In this document: positions 55,293 through 62,516 of the stretch, in pieces
Layout of the letters: each line of letters starts with the position of its first letter
Position numbering within the stretch: position 1 is the first letter of the stretch
Source of the DNA: a virus
Lineage: Duplodnaviria; Caudoviricetes
Reading direction: 5' to 3' (one strand)
Virus record (IMG/VR): IMGVR_UViG_3300037313_000418
Location: 1 to 62,516 of that record
DNA length: 62,516 nucleotides
The notes under the pieces: model-generated
What the model saw: the letters and a program-made list of their open reading frames with translations, nothing else
Databases searched by the model: none
What the model was told of the DNA's origin: nothing
Translations under genes and position numbers: made by a program

Positions 55293-56393
55293 TTACTTTG
55301 TCGGCTTAACAAGCTTGCCGATTTTGTGGCGGATATATCGGGTTGTCATGCCTTCGGTTGTGTGCCCGAGCAAGTCCTGAGCAGCCTTGGTTCCCTTTAT
55401 CTCATCGACGTCGGTGCCTGCTTTCGGGCGCATGTCGCGGAATTGAAGCTCTGCTTTCGGAATGCCTGCGGCATCCCGCGCTTTGTCAAACCTGGTCCTC
55501 ATGGTGTACTCGTTCATCGCCTGACCGGTTTCTGTAACCAGCAGGGCAAGCGGGCGTACGGAAAATTGGCGCTTGTAGTCGGCGATCTCGTCAAGTAGGG
55601 TCTTGAGTTCGCCCTCGATCAGGATTCGCAAGGGCGCCTTGGTTTTGCCCTGTTTAATCCACAATATGCCGTCCTTGATGTCGGTCTCGGACATTTTGTA
55701 GACGTCTGCCGGCCGCTGGCCGGTCAGGTAGGCCAGGCGTAGGGCGTATTGCAACGCTTGACACGAATGTTTCAGTAGGCGGTCGAACATTGCCTGGTCA
55801 ACGTACACATCCCTGCCGTCTTCTTTGAATTTTTTGACGCCATCGCTGGGGTTCGTGTTCGAAGTCAGGCCGTTTTCCCGGGCGTAGTTGAAAATGTGGC
55901 TAAACAGAGCCAGTTCACGATTTGCCCGCACTTGGCCAAGCTTCGGATCAATCGGCAAGGGTTCTTTCTCGCGCTTTACTCGCTCTTCGTTCCTTCTCGC
56001 AGCGTCGGCCTTCGCTTTGTCGGTGCGCCACGCCTTGTATTGCCCAATGTGTATCGGTTCAATATCATCGAGAAGTGCCGGTGGATTGTTGAAGAACTGG
56101 TAAAGGCATTCCAATTCCTTCAAATTATCCTTGCGAGTGCGCGGCGCTTTGGTCGGAAGCACGTCCTTAATGTAGCGCTCCGCGGCATACTTGAAAGTCA
56201 CCAATCCATTGCGCGGCGCGTTGCTCATGGTGAGCTCTGCCCACTTCTGAACCGCAAGAACGTAATCGCTGCCGAGCGGGATCTCCTTTCGCGGCTTGGC
56301 TCCCGTATCCAGGTAGTAGTACGTCCCTGCTTTGCGATGCCGAGCGCGCATTCCTGCGGGGAGATTGGTGTTCCTTGTCGGCTTCCGTCCCAT
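55293..56393 (-). CDS. int: Tyrosine integrase
   Basis: LTGQRPADV, KQGKT, FRDMRPK, LLGH...TTRY catalytic motifs. Confidence 0.95.
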   Translation of the reverse strand: MGRKPTRNTNLPAGMRARHRKAGTYYYLDTGAKPRKEIPLGSDYVLAVQKWAELTMSNAPRNGLVTFKYAAERYIKDVLPTKAPRTRKDNLKELECLYQFFNNPPALLDDIEPIHIGQYKAWRTDKAKADAARRNEERVKREKEPLPIDPKLGQVRANRELALFSHIFNYARENGLTSNTNPSDGVKKFKEDGRDVYVDQAMFDRLLKHSCQALQYALRLAYLTGQRPADVYKMSETDIKDGILWIKQGKTKAPLRILIEGELKTLLDEIADYKRQFSVRPLALLVTETGQAMNEYTMRTRFDKARDAAGIPKAELQFRDMRPKAGTDVDEIKGTKAAQDLLGHTTEGMTTRYIRHKIGKLVKPTK

Positions 56394-56394
56394 G

Positions 56395-56607
56395 TTATGC
56401 AGTCCTCAGTACCTGCGGAATCCATGCCTTTTTAACTGGATCAGCGCCATTCTTGCCGCCCTCAATCGCGGAACGAGTCACAACCGGATGGCCGGTGGCA
56501 TTGACGAAAAAGGGAATCCCCATCTTGCGCAGGGCGTCAATCTGATGGCTTTTCATTTTCTTTCCAGTCAGTGTAACAATTTCCGCATCTTCAAGAAACA
56601 TCCCCAT
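56395..56607 (-). CDS. Excisionase-like DUF4224 protein
   Basis: FLEDAEIVTLTG...QIDALRKMGIPFFVNATGHPVV; directly upstream of int. Confidence 0.8.
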   Translation of the reverse strand: MGMFLEDAEIVTLTGKKMKSHQIDALRKMGIPFFVNATGHPVVTRSAIEGGKNGADPVKKAWIPQVLRTA

Positions 56608-56778
56608 TATTTCACCTTTTGCACATTCCAAGCCTTCCGGCTCAATTCAATAATCTTTGCTACCGCTTCCTGCATTGCTACTGCTTCCTAAAATTTTTTC
56701 AATTCCAAAGCCAGCTCATCAGACGACGTATTTCTTTGTCATGGTAGGATTCGCATTTCCTAACTTATTGGAGCGGAC

Positions 56779-57021
56779 ATGCGAGTAATGAGAGGGCCGG
56801 TCTACCGTGACTACGTAATCATTTTTAATCCAGCTGACGCACCTGGAGGGCGTTTCCGAGACGCCTTCTCGGTTCATAAGTGTATTAACGGAAGTCCCGA
56901 CTGGCGCGTCTCCGTCTATCAGCGCTCCATCTCCGACGCTACTGAATTCTTGACTGAGCAAGAGGCAGTTGATAGCGCATTTAAGATGGCTGAAGAGTGG
57001 ATCGACGCGCAGTACAGCTGA
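56779..57021 (+). CDS. Hypothetical protein in opposite orientation (moron-like)
   Basis: RBS GGAG; ends AFKMAEEWIDAQYS. Confidence 0.6.
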   Translation: MRVMRGPVYRDYVIIFNPADAPGGRFRDAFSVHKCINGSPDWRVSVYQRSISDATEFLTEQEAVDSAFKMAEEWIDAQYS

Positions 57022-57059
57022 GATTTGGATTGTCTGCATCATTCCTCTGCTGGCTCCTT

Positions 57060-57275
57060 CTAGGCGGCTTGCCTGCGTAATGCATCGATTGCCAAATTTG
57101 CCGCATCAATCGCCAGGTCGAGCACGGGAGACAATGACGGGAATTCCGGCTTGATGCTTCGGATGCCATCGGCGACATCGGTCAATCGCTTGATTTCGGC
57201 CATGCGCTTTTGCTGTAGCCATTGCTTGCGCAGCTCCCTATCCCTGCGCCGCTCTTTCAATTCTGCCGGCGTCAT
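57060..57275 (-). CDS. Hypothetical protein
   Basis: Coupled ORF in the left operon. Confidence 0.6.
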   Translation of the reverse strand: MTPAELKERRRDRELRKQWLQQKRMAEIKRLTDVADGIRSIKPEFPSLSPVLDLAIDAANLAIDALRRQAA

Positions 57276-57610
57276 CCTTCCCCTCCCGTTGATTGAGCAC
57301 CGGAAGAAAACATGTCAACCGTAAGCTCGCAGCGCGGTTCCGGTATGCGCTCGCCAGCCGGCACGAAGGCGATGCACTTTACTTCGCCGTCTGGCATTTC
57401 GCGCCATTCAACTGCCTCGCCGCGAAACGATGCGCCAATGATTTCGCAGCGCTCGTTGTCGTCGCATTCCTCCAGCGGCACGCCTTCGCGCATCGACTTG
57501 TCACGCTGGCAGTTGCCGCATTCCCCGGTGAGGAAGCTATAGCCAACGTCGCCGTTGCTCGGTATCCATTGCTCGCCTGGTAGTGGGCCGGGAGTCGGTT
57601 TGTATGTCAT
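57272..57610 (-). CDS. Cys-rich hypothetical protein (AQST cassette 1)
   Basis: ATGA-coupled; ends in the shared AQST linker. Confidence 0.7.
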   Translation of the reverse strand: MTYKPTPGPLPGEQWIPSNGDVGYSFLTGECGNCQRDKSMREGVPLEECDDNERCEIIGASFRGEAVEWREMPDGEVKCIAFVPAGERIPEPRCELTVDMFSSGAQSTGGEG

Positions 57611-58062
57611 GACTGTTCTCCCGTTGATTGAGCACTAACGTCAGCCAATGCGAACACGATGCCACGGCAATATGGCTCGCCGTCTTCGGTGATCTCGAAT
57701 GTGACGTGTGGGATGTTGGCCGTGAATGTCCAGGAATAGCCAGGCTCCGCGCACCACAGAGCCTGAATGAGCTTTGCGCTCGGCTTACGGATGAAATAAT
57801 CAGCAAGTGCCTCGTCGTCATCGTCGATTGAATCTCGATCCGGCAGCAGACCTTTGCCATCCACGCAGGCATCGCCGCCGTTATAGCAGCCGATTTCGTC
57901 ATAGATCGCGCCGCGAAACTCCATCAGGTCATCCGATGCGCCATGCACAATCACCAAGCCATGCTGCTTTGCCTCGGCAAAGACGGCATCGTAATCGTCG
58001 CCACGCACGAAGTTGTCGTACGTCGCGCCGGCCAGCTTTGCGGCCAATTCTTCTTTGGTCAT
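57607..58062 (-). CDS. Conserved phage protein (AQST cassette 2)
   Basis: GASDDLMEFRGAI...IPHVTFEITEDGEPYCRGIVF. Confidence 0.75.
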   Translation of the reverse strand: MTKEELAAKLAGATYDNFVRGDDYDAVFAEAKQHGLVIVHGASDDLMEFRGAIYDEIGCYNGGDACVDGKGLLPDRDSIDDDDEALADYFIRKPSAKLIQALWCAEPGYSWTFTANIPHVTFEITEDGEPYCRGIVFALADVSAQSTGEQS

Positions 58063-58067
58063 GATTT

Positions 58068-58463
58068 TTATCCTTGTTGGTCCGTTGATTGAGCACTAGG
58101 GGCGGCGGGAAGTGGCATCCAGTGGGTGGGTGGTTCATCGTCAGCGAATCCGCCATCAGCAGACATCCAGAATGCCAATCCATCACTTTCATCTTGGTCG
58201 ATATAGTTTCCGTCCATGTCACGCCGCTCTTTAATGTACGGCTCCTCCTCGTACCATGAGCCGGATGTGACACGCGGTCCACGGGCAAGAATGATTTCCG
58301 TGCCATCCTTCGGCGCTGTTTCAATCGGCAGCCATTCCGGCACTTGCTGACTGGCGCGAGCGGCTTGCCAGCCTATCGCAAACATGCCAGCGTCCCACTC
58401 CGTCCAGTCGTCCCATCCTTTTTCCTCCATCGCGTCGAGGAAGGCTTTCCGTTGCTCTGTCAT
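58068..58463 (-). CDS. DUF551-like protein (AQST cassette 3)
   Basis: WLPIETAPKDG...PTHWMPLPAAP. Confidence 0.8.
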   Translation of the reverse strand: MTEQRKAFLDAMEEKGWDDWTEWDAGMFAIGWQAARASQQVPEWLPIETAPKDGTEIILARGPRVTSGSWYEEEPYIKERRDMDGNYIDQDESDGLAFWMSADGGFADDEPPTHWMPLPAAPSAQSTDQQG

Positions 58464-58702
58464 TACTTGCTCCCTTGATCTGCTGATGGTTGGGCGGCAA
58501 AAACAGGCTCATAGGGAGGAATAATCAGATGGCCGAATGTGTCGCTGCCAACATCGCCGGCCATGCGGCGCTCGCCGGTCCATGGATTGAATAGCCACGC
58601 CGTCGCGCCATGGAATTCCCGCCACTGTTCGGCATGTGAAGGGTATGGCTTTCCCTCTCCAGTTGCGGGGTCAACATTCATCAAAGTGTGTTGCTGCTTC
58701 AT
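58463..58702 (-). CDS. Hypothetical protein
   Basis: Start MKQQHTLM with RBS GGAG. Confidence 0.65.
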   Translation of the reverse strand: MKQQHTLMNVDPATGEGKPYPSHAEQWREFHGATAWLFNPWTGERRMAGDVGSDTFGHLIIPPYEPVFAAQPSADQGSK

Positions 58703-58824
58703 TTTGGTTCTCCGTTCGGTTTGCCGGCATCCAGTGCGCCGATGAGGTTTAGAATTGCCCACATGGCGAGCGTCGTGCATGCACCGCCAATCAGGAAGCC
58801 AAGCGCGAAAGATTGCTCATCCAT
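58699..58824 (-). CDS. Small single-TM protein
   Basis: MDEQSFALGFLIGG...; coupled at both ends. Confidence 0.5.
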   Translation of the reverse strand: MDEQSFALGFLIGGACTTLAMWAILNLIGALDAGKPNGEPK

Positions 58825-59014
58825 TCTTTGCGCTCCCTGCGATCCGAAAGCCGTCAGCATCATAGAATTTGTCACATATCCAGAAACTCTCGTTCCAGAA
58901 TCCATTCGCCTCAATCCAGTGCTTCCCGCGCTCCCCGCACTCAGGGCAAATGCAAGCCTGGTCAGCTAGGAAGCGGGCATTGCGCCTGTTCTGCTCGCGC
59001 TGTTGACGGTTCAC
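58817..59014 (-). CDS. Small Zn-finger-like protein
   Basis: CPECGERGKHW...C; GTGA coupling. Confidence 0.6.
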   Translation of the reverse strand: MNRQQREQNRRNARFLADQACICPECGERGKHWIEANGFWNESFWICDKFYDADGFRIAGSAKNG

Positions 59015-59676
59015 TTTGCGCTCCCTGCGATAATCCCTGCGCATCCACAGTCCTCAATGATCGTGTATCCGAAGTCTGCGGCCAACCCTTGTAAGCTGAA
59101 CATTTCATAGTGGTTCGACATAACACCGTCATCGTCATGCCAGCGGAATGGTTCGCGCCAGATGACTTTCTGACCTGTGCCAAGGAAAGGGCGCAACGCA
59201 TCAGCGACAGATGCGGACAGAGATTTCTGTGTCGGCGCGGCTTCCTGAGCTGGCCAATCACCTACGCTCCCACCGCATTCAGTATGGTGTTCAGAGTAGG
59301 TAACTTCTTCGGGCGGCACGCCTTTGCCGCAAGTGGCGCAATACCAGCCTTGATTTTGTGGCGCGGCTTCCTGAGCGGGTGCGGTGGTGGCGAACATCAA
59401 GCTATCGTCAGAGTTTTGTGCGTGCCATGCTTCAAATCGCGCCACTTTTCTATCTCGCCGCTGTTCCATGCGGGTGGCATCCAGCTTGAACTGGCGGGCA
59501 ACAAAGATGCAAGCAGCCATCACATCGGCCATTTCATCTTCCATGCGCTGCTTAAGCGAGCCTGCGCCGTCCGGGTGTTCGTCAGTGTGAAAGTAAGCCA
59601 GCTTTTTTGCGGCAATCTGCTGTAGCTCGCCGCATTCCTCGATCAGCTTGGCCAAACCATTGGCGGTCATAGTCAT
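59011..59676 (-). CDS. Modular protein with N-terminal MazG-like domain
   Basis: KLIEECGELQQ...EDEMADV; further modules separated by PAQEAAP linkers. Confidence 0.7.
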   Translation of the reverse strand: MTMTANGLAKLIEECGELQQIAAKKLAYFHTDEHPDGAGSLKQRMEDEMADVMAACIFVARQFKLDATRMEQRRDRKVARFEAWHAQNSDDSLMFATTAPAQEAAPQNQGWYCATCGKGVPPEEVTYSEHHTECGGSVGDWPAQEAAPTQKSLSASVADALRPFLGTGQKVIWREPFRWHDDDGVMSNHYEMFSLQGLAADFGYTIIEDCGCAGIIAGSAK

Positions 59677-61238
59677 GCTGCACCTCCTTCCTGCCCGCCT
59701 GCTTCCGGTGCGGTCTTGCCTCTCGCATCCAAAAATAGGGAAGTGCAGTAGTCGCAAGCAATCACATCGTTGAGCCTATTCTCATTACCGGGAACGCCAC
59801 CCTTCGCGCCTAAGCAGAATTGGCATTTATCGCGCTCCGGTGCGGTCTTGCCTGCAAGGGCTTCGATGCGTTGAAGGATGGCTTCTCCTTCTTCGCCTCT
59901 GAGAATAGTGTCATCCTCAAGCACTTCCAGACACGCCTTCTTACACTGCTCGATGATGGCGTTACACTGTGCGGCTGGCCGACCTTCCTCCAGCTTGCGG
60001 GCAATCGTGCCAAGGATGGTTCCTGCTACTTCAGCAACCTGTTCATGCGTCATGTCGGGCATTGGCACGCCTACTAGCTTGGCTACGCGAGCAAGACGCT
60101 TTGACAGAAATTCGGCATCGGTTAGCTGTGCGGATGGCTGACTGGATAGTAGTACGGTGCCATACTGGCTAGGCTGGTTTTCTGGATCGGTAATCGCCTG
60201 GATGACGCTTTCGTATTTCGTGGCGTATTCCAGCGCCTTGTCTGTGGCTTCGTCTGCCAGCTTGCGAAGGCGCTCTATCTCTTGCTGTGCGGCTGGCTGG
60301 GCGATAGGGTTGACGCTAGAAACGATCAGTTCAGCGTTAGGCAAGTCCAACGCGGTCAGCTTGGCGACCGTTGCGCCATTTGCTCCCACAATCTCACGCG
60401 GGCCTTTCTTTTCGTTCGGCTCGGTAACGCGCCACGGTAGCGGCGTATGAAACGCTACCGGCTCTTGCGGCTGTGCCGGTGCAGCTACAGCGGCAGGGCG
60501 GTGTATATGGGCGCTTTCTGGCAGCGCAAATCGATTGTTTTTCAGAGCGCGAATAGCATCAAAGGCGCTTGTCACCGCGATACGGTCAGCATCCCCTGCG
60601 CGCTCAGCAACGGCTTGTACCGCAGATTCCAGCGCGGCATCCCGATCTGTTGCCTCCTGTGCCGGTGCAGCGGAAGGGGCGGCAGCAGCTTTCTTTTCGT
60701 AGTGCTGGCAGCTTTCAGAGGGGCAGCCGGATTCGCGCGTACAGATACAGGCAATGCCTAGCTCGCAATCCAATCGTTCATCCTGCGCCGCATCGCTGCT
60801 GGCTTCCGCCTTGTCGGATGGCGTGAGAACGAAATCAATGCCGCCGAAGCTAACCGGGATTGCCGCCTTGCTGCTGGTATCGCAGCCCCTTGAGCCATCG
60901 AAGTAGATTTCACTGCCAGGAATCACGGCAAGCGCTCGCGCTTCGTATACCCATTGATTGTCGATTTGGTTGCCTAACTTTGACGTATCTTCATAGCTGC
61001 CTTGTGAGCAGGTTTCCCAATCATGCCACTTGTTGTTGGCGAAATTCGGCAGCATGCGTCGTTGATACAGTGCCACTTCCGCCTTGGCAGGCTGTACAGG
61101 CGCGGCATCGAGGGCGGCGAGAGCGTAATCCTGCATTTGCTCTGCGGTGTATAGCGGCTCGCTGCCGTCGCTATAGCCGTTGTAGTTCGTGTAAGGCAGG
61201 GATGGCAGCACTTGCTGTTTCAGTGTGTTGTCAGTCAT
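59673..61238 (-). CDS. Large modular accessory protein
   Basis: 521 aa of short modules with AAPAQ/QPAAQ/GKTAPE linkers. Confidence 0.8.
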   Translation of the reverse strand: MTDNTLKQQVLPSLPYTNYNGYSDGSEPLYTAEQMQDYALAALDAAPVQPAKAEVALYQRRMLPNFANNKWHDWETCSQGSYEDTSKLGNQIDNQWVYEARALAVIPGSEIYFDGSRGCDTSSKAAIPVSFGGIDFVLTPSDKAEASSDAAQDERLDCELGIACICTRESGCPSESCQHYEKKAAAAPSAAPAQEATDRDAALESAVQAVAERAGDADRIAVTSAFDAIRALKNNRFALPESAHIHRPAAVAAPAQPQEPVAFHTPLPWRVTEPNEKKGPREIVGANGATVAKLTALDLPNAELIVSSVNPIAQPAAQQEIERLRKLADEATDKALEYATKYESVIQAITDPENQPSQYGTVLLSSQPSAQLTDAEFLSKRLARVAKLVGVPMPDMTHEQVAEVAGTILGTIARKLEEGRPAAQCNAIIEQCKKACLEVLEDDTILRGEEGEAILQRIEALAGKTAPERDKCQFCLGAKGGVPGNENRLNDVIACDYCTSLFLDARGKTAPEAGGQEGGAA

Positions 61239-61438
61239 TTGTCACCTTTCACTATCGCATGCGAAAATTCTACGGGGCTTATGACGCGGAAATTGTCAGG
61301 CAAGCTGTTGCGCAAAATGCCTTCTGCCTCAGACTTCGCTGCCGTGTGCATTTGCTCCAAAGTTTCAGATGCACCACTCGCCCGGACAGGTATTTCGATG
61401 GTGACTTTCATTACGGCAAAAACAGTTGAAGATTTCAT
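61235..61438 (-). CDS. Hypothetical protein (allele-B cassette)
   Basis: Occupies the slot held by 290-559 in allele A. Confidence 0.65.
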   Translation of the reverse strand: MKSSTVFAVMKVTIEIPVRASGASETLEQMHTAAKSEAEGILRNSLPDNFRVISPVEFSHAIVKGDK

Positions 61439-61441
61439 CTA

Positions 61442-61711
61442 TCACCCCTCCCTCTTATCCGACTGCACCGGAAGTTTCGCGTGCCAGTTTTTATTAAAGT
61501 CCTGCATGGCCGCAGCCGGACTATCGCCAAATCCCGTGACGCCATCCTGCAAGTTCTCACCGTACAAAGCACACCACTTGTTGCCGTCAATGGACAGGCT
61601 CGGGCGGTACATCACGCTCGGATCGGTAAGACACTCTGCTACGTGCTTATATGCTTGATGCGCGGCGAAGATGACCCCTTCGCGTGCTTGGTAGCTATCG
61701 TCATTGTTCAT
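61442..61711 (-). CDS. Hypothetical protein (extra cassette in allele B)
   Basis: WCALYGENLQDGVTGFGDSPAAAMQDF; flanked by CTTATCCGACTGC direct repeats. Confidence 0.7.
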   Translation of the reverse strand: MNNDDSYQAREGVIFAAHQAYKHVAECLTDPSVMYRPSLSIDGNKWCALYGENLQDGVTGFGDSPAAAMQDFNKNWHAKLPVQSDKREG

Positions 61712-61712
61712 G

Positions 61713-62516
61713 TCATTGCTCCTTATCCGACTGCTGGCGAGCCACATCCGCGCAGTAGCAGCCGCGCCCCTCGTTTTCCGGGCAGCTGGTCGGGTCGTCG
61801 CTGCAATCGGCTGGCTTTTCCTCTGGCGGTGGCATGGCGCTGATAGTCTTGCCGCAGTGGTGGCAGAAGTTCATGTGGTGCTCCGCAGGGGTGCCTCCCT
61901 CCGGGAAATGCCACGCCTGCCCACAGCCTGTTTGCCAGCAGTAGTCGTCGCCATCGAAGCGCCATTCGCAAGACGCAGCATCCTTGCTGTCCTGCTGGGA
62001 GAGGGCGGCGCGAGCAGCATCCATTTGGCGCAACTGGTCTTGCACGCCGGTTAGGATGTGGTCTTTGATGTCTTCGCGCTCTTGGCGCAGCAGGCCCATG
62101 CCTTCCATTGCCAGCTTGACGATTTCGCCAAGCTCCACAGCCATTTGCATTTCGCCTTGATGCTGTGCGCGGTCTGCGCGGTGAATAATGGCTTTCAGAC
62201 GAGTTTCAGCGCTGCCCCCGTGCACATCAGACCAGTTCTCAATGTCAAACTTCCGCTCATCCTGTGCTGGCGTGGCGGCCGACTTACGAGGCGCAAGCTC
62301 TTTGCCGTCGTTGTAGCCTTCGTCATACCAGCGCTGCTTTTGCGTCCAATCCGGTTCCTGCGGCGTGGCGGCTGCACTGGTGGCAGTAGGGTGAGGTGCG
62401 GCAGCAAGGTAGTCACGCAGGAACCTTGCGCTATCGCAGGTGGCGGTGGTTTCCGAGTAATGGCACACATCACATACCGACATTTCATTGTCGAATGCTT
62501 GCGCCAGATAGTTCAG
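61713..62516 (-). CDS. Modular accessory protein, partial; alternative allele of 561-1862
   Basis: Shares linkers and the Zn-ribbon with 561-1862 but has different internal modules. Confidence 0.75.
   Translation of the reverse strand: MNYLAQAFDNEMSVCDVCHYSETTATCDSARFLRDYLAAAPHPTATSAAATPQEPDWTQKQRWYDEGYNDGKELAPRKSAATPAQDERKFDIENWSDVHGGSAETRLKAIIHRADRAQHQGEMQMAVELGEIVKLAMEGMGLLRQEREDIKDHILTGVQDQLRQMDAARAALSQQDSKDAASCEWRFDGDDYCWQTGCGQAWHFPEGGTPAEHHMNFCHHCGKTISAMPPPEEKPADCSDDPTSCPENEGRGCYCADVARQQSDKEQ
62398..62516. repeat. 119-bp exact repeat of 1309-1427
   Basis: Direct sequence comparison. Confidence 0.95.

Larger units (their letters stand above)
1..62516. mobile_element. Temperate phage genome (lambdoid early region, podovirus-like virion genes), excised/circular form
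   Basis: All modules are present (int/attP, cI/cro/cII, replication, terminase, portal, capsid, tail, lysis). There are no host housekeeping genes. The end 62398-62516 is identical to 1309-1427. Confidence 0.95.

Noticed and set aside
56657-56688. TTGC-N6-TTCC tandem as a CII-dependent integrase promoter
   Set aside because: It is on the wrong strand for int, imperfect, and explicable as a short EAVA-coding duplication.
57272-62516. CRISPR array or true integron
   Set aside because: The repeats are short, coding, irregularly spaced and of several families; there are no cas genes, attC-like hairpins or IntI.

Overview
The window is essentially one complete temperate phage genome of about 61 kb in its excised (attP-joined) form. 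The host is probably a betaproteobacterium, most likely Oxalobacteraceae (inferred from a characteristic HTH protein, a proteobacterial LexA box and a tRNA-Leu attP). The early region is lambdoid: a leftward operon (ERF, SSB, Gp157, NinB, many modular accessory genes, xis/int), a cI/cro/cII switch with readable operators and promoters, a methylase, nucleases and an initiator with an internal origin. The late region is podovirus-like: TerS/TerL, portal, scaffold, N4-gp56-type capsid, tail genes, a 3129-aa polyvalent PLxRFG-type protein, tail fibre, SAR endolysin with Rz/Rz1, and a further fibre module. The main unexplained signals are: (1) small genes nested in the +1 frame inside the linkers of the giant protein; (2) an accessory region built from modules separated by short recurring DNA linkers, captured here as two alternative alleles at the contig ends; (3) a non-cleavable CI paired with a LexA-boxed candidate antirepressor, an Arc protein, a CII-site-driven 37-aa peptide and a ClpP-fold protease; (4) a four-copy palindromic late-promoter motif; (5) a tRNA-like structured RNA candidate; (6) an unknown domain fused to a Gp49-family domain. 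All family calls come from recognising motifs by eye; no database searches were run.
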